Positions 15,201 to 27,200 of a DNA stretch of 64,000 bases are shown one piece after another. The stretch lies in the NCBI GenBank assembly GCA_002633005.1, contig NMRA01000103.1, forward strand, positions 837,612 to 901,611. The letters run 5' to 3'. Position numbers and translations under genes: made by a program. Each line of letters starts with the position of its first letter. The first letter of the stretch is position 1. The notes beneath the pieces were generated by a model that was given only the letters and a program-made list of their open reading frames with translations, did not search any database and was not told the origin of the DNA. This stretch comes from Phoronis australis. Its lineage: Eukaryota > Animalia > Phoronida.

Positions 15201-18200
15201 TTGTTACTCAAACAGAGGCCAAAATAAGCAACAAGAGCAGCTGTTAAAAGTTACCTTGTATCCTCGGGCCAGTTTACCAACGTCCACTGAAGCCAGGTTC
15301 CACTGGTTGCCTTGGTTACCAGTCTTGCTCCACAAGTAGGCTATGTCATTAGCTTTGTTGGTGTTCACCAGGACGACTCTCATGTTACCTATGTGAAGGA
15401 AACAACATTTTACTTGTACTGGCATTTGAACAAACACTTTACATTATACAGCTGGTTATGATAAAGACAATAACATGATCAAGCAAAAGCCCGGAAGTCA
15501 TAAACTTTGAAATAAGAGAAATAGTGACAAGTAATAGAAAAGGGTCGTAACTTACTGAAAACAGCTTTAACATGGGGGATTAAAAGACGTGTAACTGGTC
15601 AGATTGCATCTTCTAGAATACAGCAATTAAACATTTGGGTCAGCTCGTCTCAGCAGCTTACTTCTGAATGCTACAAAACGTGGCCATTTGGTGTTCTAAG
15701 CATATTATATGACCCTCCACACAGTCATTGAAGTTATAGATTGGTTACGTTACTCTTCAGAGTTACAATGGCCTCTTTAGTGGATAGAGGTCTGTAGACA
15801 ACTCTTAGTTTTCAACATATAGTTTTCCATATAACAGCATATAACATATATGTACAATCAACCATCCTTCATCTTCTTATTACCTAGCACACAACCAAAT
15901 ACAAATGGAAGTAACTTCTAATGGAAGCATTTTGTATTTCAAAAGTTACTATAAATCTATGAGCCCCCCCCAGTGCACTCATGAAAACTCTACATTACCT
16001 GCAGAGGGTCCCGACATGTGGTAGTACAAGTTCATGACACAGCTAGGTGCCGTGGCTCCTAACACAGGGGTCTCGATGCGCGCTCTGTTCAAAAAGGTTC
16101 CCTGACCACCTTCCACCATGAGGTAGAAGCCAGAACCAGAATGGTCAGTAACAGGGCCGAACCGATTTGGCGAGTTGCCACGGAAGCGGTTCCAGTCATA
16201 GCGACCAGAGCTAACGTCTGTCCAACCACAGAAACCCGAGTCGAAGGTGCATTGTCCTAGAAGAAAACATAGAATCGTTGTAGCTAAGATCACCCACCAG
16301 TACTTGATAGTGGTGCATCTGCAGGATCAAAAAGCAAAAACAGAGAGAGGGAGGGAGGGAGGTAGAGAGGGAGGGAGGGAGGGAGNAGAAACACGAATAT
16401 GATGAAACCTAAAGTAGAGAACATTCTCTTTGAACAAATTATTATTTCATGTCTATCAAACATTTGTTTGTTTCAAAGTTGCAGCATTGCTTACAAACCT
16501 TTTAAAATATTATCAGAATTTCAAAATCATTACGGAACCACACTGTGCGTAATATGGAGAGCACTGACTAAGCCAGATGTAAAGCTGACTAAAGACGATC
16601 TATTCACAGTCAGTCTCATTAATTTAAAAACTGTCCATCAACTGAGCTATGGTGTTCTGTGCCTGGTTGCATGAAACAGTCACAAATATAGACTCAACTA
16701 AGTTCCCTTAATCCACTGCGGATTTTTGGACTTGTGAAAAAAAAACGACTTAGTACTTTCTTATGCTGTTTCAGTTTCTTTATAAAGTCAACGTTTGGAT
16801 TTGACACACATTGACAGTGAACGTTTAATTCTCAGCTTTATCAAAAATAAATAGGGCTCCTTTTATGCCACGCCCCTAATTTAAGTCCAAATTTATAATT
16901 CATTGGACTCGGCACTCGGTTTTTATTTAACTCAAAAAGGAGCTCATAATGAAGACAAAATGATAAACATTTATTACATTTGTGAGTAAAGAAAGACACA
17001 AATAAGCAATAGATTTAGGAAACTTAGTTGAGTCCCTATTTGGGACTGTTTCATGTAACCAGAAACTGGTCATTTCAGGGCAGTATCTGATGGTACATAA
17101 CCATGCTGAAGATAGTAAAGTAATCCTGATGGTCAGTAAAACTGATTCTCTCAAGACAATTAATTCTGTCACTCACCACAGGTGGCCTCGTCATCACCAC
17201 CAGGACACTGCTTGACAAAGTCACACACTTGAGTGCTAGAGATACACGTCTTGTCCGCGCACTGGAACTTGCCAGCTCCACACGGATTGGCCGTAGTTGG
17301 TGCAACAGTCGAACCAGTCGGAAGGGTGACACCTACAGGAAATAATCCAAGTCGTACAAATTAATCAAGAACAGAGTATCTACAAATTAGAAATAAGTCT
17401 TTTGGAATGCTAATCACATTAGATTCTTCTAAACGATAGAATCTAAAACTGAATCTACGGGATAAAATTCAAACATGATTTCCACATCATAAAGAGTAAG
17501 CGCTACGTATTATCAACCAGGTAAACGGACACTTTATTAGACAAGTGTTAGCTGTTAACTATAATCATAATATGTACACCAAAACTATTCCATCTGGTTC
17601 AGATGATAAAATTTCAAAGTTCAAGGCATTGACTCTTTACCTGAGAGAGGTCTACAGTCTTGGGTCATAGAGATGTCATCAATGGCTATGTCACCTGTGT
17701 ATCCATTGCCTACCTGTCCTTCAATGACCACCTGAAATGGACAATGACACCTTCAAAGTATACAGTACGCAGTGAGGTGTGCATTATTATTGCAATTACT
17801 AGTTAATATATTAGGCATTAATAAGATGAAAACACTGATTTACATTTAATTGTATTATTGGTATTCTGGTTTATGTTATCATTCTTTATAATTTACAATA
17901 ATAGTTTTATACAGACATGGATTTATTGCACAATGGTAGTCGTATTCTCAAACATATCATCATCATATCATATCTCATCATTTGATATCATACAATATCA
18001 CTTCCTTATATCATATCTTTAGTTATGCTGTAAACTGTAGTTGTTCATTTATTGTGACTCAAGAATAAAGTTCTTGATATGATATATCCTTATATGAAGT
18101 ATTAGTAGCTATATATTCAAAGTCTCTCCGAATACATAAATCTTATAACAATCATATTGTTACATTGTAATAAAATTCATCAATCATTATATCATACCAC

Positions 18201-21200
18201 ATCAATTCATTGAATATCACGTCCTTCACAGCATTGCAACAGCTGCGTCAGCTGACTTACACAAGTTTCAGTTTTTTAAACATCACAAACTAAACCCTGT
18301 GAGTGACAACATTTTTTAACCGCTTGAAAGCCAATTTAAATATCTAAATCATTTTGAAGACCAAAGCCTAGTGTTTAATCTTCAGACTAGACTTGAAACA
18401 TGACCATCTGATGCAGCAGCGTCATTACACTATGTTTACTCGAAGCATGCCATGCAAACGATCAATTTTTAGTTGAGTTTTGAGTACAGAGGTAAGACCT
18501 AAAGCCCAGAATTAAAATGTTAATGGCCGCCCGCTGAAGATCTGAACGTGTCAATACTGTGTTACGTCTACTTGGAATTTGAGATCACACACAATGCACC
18601 AACCTGGAAGTTCTGAGTCTCTTGTAACCTGACCTCAGCTCTCGCAAAGAAGTCTCCCACATTTCCTTTCCTCTGCCACACTGTTTTCAGCGGACCTCCA
18701 GTGGCAGTCCTGACGTAGACGGTCAGGCTACCAATAGTGTTGCCGTACATGTGATAGTAGAACCGCAGCTGTGAAGTACAGAGGAGACAACAACTTCTGT
18801 TACTGTGGATAAACACTATGGGTGACAAATCCATCTACTATGATTACAAAAACCAACCTTTGACTTAAGCCCCTTAACATAATGACATTGTGTCAAGAAG
18901 TTGATTCTTAGTCAAATTAAAGGTGATCTCAGGACTTTAAAAGAACTGAAACCTCCTTATCACACCATGACACTTATCTTAGGCACCTCTGTTTCCAATA
19001 TCTGGTTTATGACCAAAAGTAATTGGTGTTGTGTTGATTCCTGAGCAGAATGCATGATATGGGGAACAGGTTGCGGTATACCTTCTACACAATATGGGGC
19101 ACAGGTTGTGGTATACCTTCTACACAATATGGGGCACAGGTTGTGGTATACCTTCTACACAATATGGGGCACAGGTTGTGGTATACCTTCTACACAATAT
19201 GGGGCACAGGTTGTGGTATACCTTCTACACAATATGGGGCACAGGTTGTGGTATACCTTCTACACAATATGGGGCACAGGTTGTGGTATACCTTCTACAC
19301 AATATGGGGCACAGGTTGTGGTATACCTTCTACACAATATGGGGCACAGGTTGTGGTATACCTTCTACACAATATGGGGAACAGGTTGCGGTATACCTTC
19401 TACACAATATGGGGCACAGGTTGTGGTATACCTTCTACACAATATGGGGCACAGGTTGTGGTATACCTTCTACACAATATGGGGCACAGGTTGTGGTATA
19501 CCTTCTACACAANACCTTCTACACAATATGGGGGGCACAGGTTGAAGGATACCTTCTACACAATATGGGGGGCATAGGTTGAAGGATACCTTCTACACAA
19601 TATGGGGTGCACAGGTTGAAGGAAACCTTCTACACAATATGGGACACAGGTGGTGGGATACCTTCTACACAATATGGGGCACAGGTTGTTGGATACCTTC
19701 TACACAATAGCCCACACTTGTACACAACCTCATTTATGGCCAATAATTAAGTGTAGTTTTATTACACAATTACACAACTTAACTTCAGTCTGAGGACAGA
19801 TAACATCAGCTACACAGGGATTTCCCATTTGAAGTTTCTAGTGCTTTCAGAGGCAGGCCAATCACTAAATTGCTTAAACCAATGGGACTGGGGTGTATGA
19901 TTGTCTGAGACCGGGCTTTAGAAGTTGGCTTGTCATGGTGTCATTTCATATGCGGAGCTAATCGTTAAACCAACCCTTAAACAGGGTTGGAGGTCTGTGC
20001 AGTAAAAATGTAGAATAAAGTGCCAGGCATATTGAACTCGAATTACACATCAAATATTAACCTGCAAACGTTGAAGTTGAGATCGGGTGAACACATTTAT
20101 CTCCAGAATTAATACGGCGAATGTAACTGCACGAAAATCAAGCCCTTCAAAAGAACCTACTTACTCAAAGATTCGACTTCATAATTTCCTTGTCACGCTG
20201 CCATACTCATTTTTTACCTAGCAGTAGACTCATGAACTAAAGCATTCACTCAGCTGATTGACTGGCATGACGTCATTAGGTCAAAAACCAAGATTGCAAC
20301 ATGACAGACGATTTGATTCGTCGTTGTTTGAGGAAGGTAAAAAGAGGTGAAATATAACCCATAAGACCATTTGCAGTTTTCTAAATGTATCAAGGAAATT
20401 TGATTTGTTTAGTACTAGCACACCGAAGAAGTGGTGAAAAGCCCTCCGGGGCCCATCAGCTCTGTTTAAGAGCTGTCAGTATTTGGAAGTGCCAAGCACG
20501 GCGCCAAGAAATAAAAAACTATCAGCTCCTTCATTTCTCATCCAAGTGAGAAACAAATTACACTAAATATCAAGCACTTCCGTTTACCTCAAGGTCCCAT
20601 GTAACCATTAGCAACAAAACCAACAACAAGATATTAAGCTTAATTACCAGACAATAGGTGGTAGCTCTCTTTCTGGTCTGTGTTGGTGCGAACACAACAC
20701 TGCTCAGTCTTGCCACTTCACCAGTCTTTCTGGGGCGAGATGTCTCCAGATAGAGGTAATTGCCTGTCAATAGCAAAGATGCAACAATTAACTATAAATT
20801 ACAAAAAACATTAAATGCTTATAGTGAGCCAAGAACAATTATGACAAAATGAAGTTTTAATAGACGGATAAAATCTGATGCCAGAGCGTTCCAGAACAGA
20901 GACTTATGGGATATCCATTCTTCACGCTGAATGTTTTGTCAGCGGTGAAGGAGTCCTTTCCGCAAACTAATGGAAAACTGGAAATCAAATAAGAGGAAAT
21001 CGAAACCAAAAAGAGGAATCCTCTTAAAAGAGAGAAGTTCCGAGCCTTGGATTGGCAACACGCTACAATCTATGTAACAAATAAATTCACTAACCTGATG
21101 TGAGACCCTTGGTATGATCACGTCCCGGTCCTGTGTTGCGACTTGAAGTGACCCCTGCCTGTCTAATCCAGTCAAAGTCATCAGTCTTGTCCTGGGTCCA

Positions 21201-24200
21201 GTCACACAGACTTCTCTCAAATGAACAGCTAGCTGGGAAGCGCTCTTCAACAACAAGACAGTTATATTTATTTAAAGGCACCGTCTTCATTTATCAACTA
21301 AATTCAGAAAACAGTAAGGAGTGTTACAATTCAAAAGTGTCACCAAAAAGAGATATTTTGTAGCACATTAAACTTTCAATACAAGAAAGGTGAAGCTCAG
21401 TGTCTTTCAAGCAGTGGTAGCCAATTTGAAGAAATTGGCTTTGCGGGAATAAGACTCGTCTACACAGCTTTGTGTTCTGCTTGACAGCTTTCTTGCTGAG
21501 TTTTATGCACTTTGTATCATTCAAATTCCGATTGATTTGTTCCCATCTACATTTTTTATGATAATTAGCAGTTTGCGAGTTCAACACATTTAATCCAAAC
21601 TATATCATTGAGCCACACTTTGTCAGATTGTCATCAGACAGCTCATAATAAAACAAAGATTGCAAACACACAGGTTAATGCATTTTTGTTACTTGCTACA
21701 ACGCAATGGATGATACTAGACCCACACGCATTTTTTTATCGAATACACCTTGTTATGATACTGGGATAAACCACTGCACTTAAATGTGAAAATATCAACT
21801 TGACATTAATACTTACGACAGTTCTGCTCATCGGAACCATCTCCACAGTCATCTGTGAAGTCACAGATGCGGTCTGGCCGGATGCAAGCTTTGGTGCCGC
21901 ACTGGAAGTACCCTGATGGACAGGTTGGCTGGGGAGCTGCAACGGAGAAACAGTTACAGGGGCAACAAAACCACTCTTTCTGTCAAAAAATAAGTTTCGA
22001 TGTAGGCTACCAAATGCAAAAAAAATCTCTCTTGTTGTTTCTTACCCAAATAAGCGATTACTTCTGGACTTGAGAATAGCTAACACGCCAGTACTTGCTT
22101 CAATATAAGCCCCAGCTCAAGCCCATGGAGTTACTGGCCACGGCGGGTTAGTTTCAGTTATCAAGACAAAATGGCCAACAATGAATTCCATGTAACTTAT
22201 GGAAGCCAATTCAATTCAAACAAAGGCCAATGATGTGACGGCGGTGATACGGAAGAGTAAATAGGCCTTTGAGGAAAATCTTTAACTGAAGAACATGGTT
22301 ATGGAAGATTTAAGTATTTCGTTCAGCGGACAATGTTTTTCGTGGGATTTTGCATCTAGGAAATGATAGACATTTTTACTCAAAGTTTATTAATGGGACC
22401 CTGGAAGCATCCCGTAGTAAGATTTTTTAGGAAAATGCAATCCAGAAACAATTAGGAAAAATGGCTACGGTACTGGACAATTCTGACACGTTTTGGCTTT
22501 CCAAATTTGGGGCACAGCAGACGAACGGAAAATTACCAAAGGTCTAACAGTATTGTACAAATTAAAGGACCTGTTTCTCGATAAACTAATGGACAGTCAA
22601 ACTTGCTTACCAGGGAAGTTACAGTTGAGGAAAGTTACGTCGTCAATAGCAATGTCACCGAGAACAGAGAAGCTACGGCGAGCCTCAAACAATATCTACA
22701 ATATATAAGACAAAAGTCAAAGTTAAGATTATGTAAGTAAGAACTTGATGAAATGTCTGTGAATTTAGCCAAATATCTTCAAAACTGTAGAATTAGTAAA
22801 AATAGAATTCATTTTAACTATTTTACCATCTGTCAGTAATTTGGCCATGTGAACACGTGGTTTATTGGTAAAACTTAGCAAAAACAAACGGTAAAGCAAA
22901 ACAATGGTTTCAACAACATGACAAAATTTCATTTGATATAAATGTTCAAGATGAACTCTCAAAAAAACCCTGTTACAATTTTCTAACTTATCATTTCGTT
23001 TTTGACTTATACAACTTTTGATTGATTTTTTCACGAGAATCGTAAAAGTCCTATTTTGGTAGCCCCTCGCGCAAAAGTGGAGTATTTTAAAGTCTGCTGC
23101 TAATACCGTTTTGGGAACAATGCATAAAGCATAGTATCGGAAAGAATCACATGAACTCAATTAGCCATGCACACGTTAGCCAAATTTGGAGATTTTGGTA
23201 GAGCCCGTCATAACCTTAAGTTTATTCAAGACTTTTCAACACGCCTGATTTAATTTACTATAAGCTGGCTGAACAATGGTGTATAGCGCAGCAAGGAGAC
23301 TCAACCTACGAGAAAAGCATTGGATAAGGTTGCCTATTACCAAATTTGACTTTTCAGCTTCATGACTAAGTTACGAATGAATCACCACCGACCTGGAATG
23401 GTGCACTGACACGTCCAACGTTGATTAAAGCCCGGTTCCATTTGTTTCCTTTGTCACCAGAGAGTGTGTAGATCACAGTGTCCTGATTACCAGAGGTTTC
23501 GCGTAGTTTTACACGGAGCGTGCCGATGCCTCGGCCGTACATGTGGTAGTAAAACATGAACTGACAGGTGGCGCTGCACTGCTGCAGCGTGAAGCCTTGT
23601 AGGATGGCAAATGAGTTGAAGGTGCCACCGCTGGAGTCGACGTACATGTAATGACCTGTGGTGAGAGTTACACATGGTCAGTTCTTATAAAGCGATGAAC
23701 AAAATGTTTGTGATTTCGGAACCTAGCTTGAAATGGGCTCAATTGACCAATATCTCTAAATGATACTATTGAGGAAAAATATGCCAGACACAGACACATA
23801 GACACAAAAGAAATCTGTTTCTCAAGGAACTCCACCTACATCAACATATAAATGCTATGCAACAACAGCCATTCTGGCACATTCACAGTAAATGCCCAAA
23901 ATGGTATGGTAATTAATCACCTATTTCAAAGAGAAATAATTGCCAATTCTCCACATTTCAAAGGTCGATTACTTTTCCACAAATAATGGAGACTTTACCA
24001 AATACTGTTTCATGACATCTAAACAAAAAAGCATGACAGTAACTGACTAAAATTTTCTTTTAATCTTTATTTTAGTGGAGAAATTTGACAAAACAAAGCT
24101 TCAGATGTCGGCCATAATGTGAGCTAAATAACAATAGAATTACGTAACAGTACATATCATTTCGTAAAAAAAAAACGCAAGACGACAAACCTAGGGGTGA

Positions 24201-27200
24201 TCCGAGTGTGTGATCGTAGGTAGGACCGGTGTTGCTGGTGGCCGTACCATTGCTTCCCAGGATCCAAGCATAGGCATTGTTGAATGACATGTCAGACCAG
24301 ACGCACTGACCCACCTCAAAATCACAGGCACCTGAATAGCATTCCAGGAAATAACAGACTATTAATCTATGTTTAGCTTACCTAGGGCTTATGCAGTCCT
24401 TTGTTGTAGAAGCCACATTGAATAAGAACCGAATCAAATCGTCTAAAGCTTATCAAGATAATTTTGAAGTATTTGTCAAATATTTGCAAAACTACAGAAT
24501 TTTACGTAAAAGCATAACATCATCAATGTAGAATTTAATTCTGAGCTTTTTGCCTAAGAGTCTACGCTTGACTGGGTCACATGACCATGTTTTTTTAACA
24601 AATTATTGTGCAAAAAAAGAACTGGTACACTGGTACATTCACAGCAAAATATCCTTCAAAAGATTGCTAACAGTACTATAAAATTTATAAATTTATGAGC
24701 TTTTAAATCAAAATCCTGAAAGTCATACTTTTCAATTATTGCACTTTGTGCAAATTTACTAGAGCATTTTAAAAACTTTATTTATCTTAGAACTTTTGAG
24801 AACAGTACATTAATCAGAGTGCATCGTTAATTTTGTATTCCATCAGCCACCTCCGAGATATGATGTTCCAAAGTTAGCCAAAGTTGAATATTTTCTAAGA
24901 TTCCTCATGTCCCTAACACATCCGATACATACACTTATCTATGGTAAGCAGACGGCACCTCATCTATTGGGAGCAGACGGCACTTACCACAGTTGCTCTC
25001 GTCTCGGCCATCAGGACAGTCGCGTTTGAAGTCACATACTTGAGATGGTTTGATGAATGTGTTCTGTTTGTCATTGCACGGGATCTTTGTCAAGTTGGTA
25101 GGAATAACTAGAAGAAAAAAAGAAGATACACAACTTTCCCAAGTGTTTTCACAAGCCCATGAAGTAAGAAATGGTCGTCTGCTCCAGGGTTTTCACAAAA
25201 ATATGGAATACGAAATGACTGTCTATTCAGACAAGTGTTTTTCTCCATAACCCAGAAGGAGACAATTAACTGAATTTATTTGTTAGTAGTATATCAGTAT
25301 TTTATATATATTATAGATATTATTTTTCATCCTAAAACCATACACCAATATTTGTTGCTGACATTTATTTCACCAACTCATGGTCTGCTTTTGATCTTTT
25401 GAAACTAGCTTGTGATGTACGTCTTTTTATTGCCATGACATATGTCGATCGTAAACAACATAATAAGTCTTATTTTTGAAAGAGCCTCACGCAAAAGTGG
25501 AACGTTTTAAAAAGAATTCCCAACAGCGTGTTGGTGAAAGTGCATAAGCATAGTAAGTGACAGTTATTATTATTATTAAGTGACATTTTTCCAGGTTCCT
25601 ACATAACTTAAGTACATTTTCAGAATTATTAGAACTTCATTAGGCAATAAATTCTCCCAGCTAACATATTTTTTGCAATTCAAAGTCACCGATGTAACAA
25701 TTTTTAATAGGTGAATTTGGTTTCATCCAAATGTGCACAGTTGCAGAAAGCAGACAACATGGAAAAGATGCACTCACTTCCAGTGTCACATTTGCCAGGC
25801 ACTAACAACGTGTCGTCAATAGCGATGTCTCCTGTGATACCAGCTCCAACAATGGCTTCCATCCATATCTAACAAAGCAAATGGAGTTTCAGTGAGCAAA
25901 GAGAACACCGTAGCTTAGTTAGTTTTTAACAAGAACACGTTATACTACAGGGAAAGTCAAGGACAGGAAGTCTGTACCAACAGCAAATAAATGCAAAAAT
26001 TGAGAACAATGTTCAAAGCTGCTAAAAACAATGTTCTCGACATGTTAAAGCCAACATTCCACACAGGCATATCTTCACATCACCCTTAGTTTGAACTGAA
26101 ATTAACTATTGCTTGCAAGAAGATTCTGAGAATTTCCATGACAGCAATTCTGCTTCAATGACTGAAGTTAACTCGTAAGATGAGACTGACTGAGACTTAT
26201 TTTTCAGAGTCCTATCATAATTAAAACTTGTTTTTGAAAGTAGATGTGGACTTACTGTACCTTTAAATTTAATGCAAACACGCACTTTTAATGGGTGATA
26301 ATTTTCCTTTCATTTAAAGTTGCTGAGCCGATATTGGTGAACAAAATGGCTAAAATTCAAATTACGTTAAACATGCCAAATCACAATGATGATCCGGGAA
26401 CAAAAAATTCAAAAGTCACATGTCTTGGCATTCCCTAAATATAATCGCCAAAAAAGTTAAGTAATCTGGGTTCAAACAAAAGTCTGAAACATCACCAGTC
26501 AAATGCCAATGGCCTCAATGTGTTCGTGGAAAAAAATACGCATGTGGCCTTGACCGTCTTGCGACTTCACTTACCTCATAGTTGTCATACTGCAGTGGTA
26601 TTTGAACCTGAGCCTTCAACCATTGATTTCCTCGTTCACCCGACCGTGACCATATCAGAACAGGTTTTTGGTCGACAAGCTTGGAGTACACATTGAGCGT
26701 ACCGATGGCCTTGCCATACATGTGGTAATAGAATTCCAGACAATAGACACTGGCAGGGCCTTGACCAACCACATAAAGGTCGGACATCAAGATGGCGCTG
26801 TCATTCTGCTTCCGCGGCCGGCTAGATTCGATGAACATGTAGTAGCCTGAGAGAAACAAGTTAGAGTTTGTTTAGTTTTCTATTTACAGAGCCCTAGCCA
26901 TCAAAACTCTGTGTTGAAGTTCGTGGTTTGAAGACTTGAAAAGTAGCAAACTTGACTGTCCTGATACCATTACTGTCACAATCTTAGCAATAATTCCAGA
27001 GCACATCACAAATGGCTTAATTCATTTATGATGGCTGTTCATCAGTGTTGAAGTTTAAGATTTCACAAAATTACATAAACAAGTTGCCATGCATTTGAAA
27101 ACTGATAATAATGCTAACCACAAAAACCTACCGAAGAGGAGTTTTAAGAATACGAAATGATTCAATATAGTTATACTGTGCAGAGCTCTTGTCAGACTTA

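Noticed and set aside
19050-19582. Three overlapping 162-175 aa repetitive ORFs, or a CRISPR-like 35-bp repeat
   Set aside because: The ORFs result from a stop-free 35-bp tandem unit, and there are no spacers.
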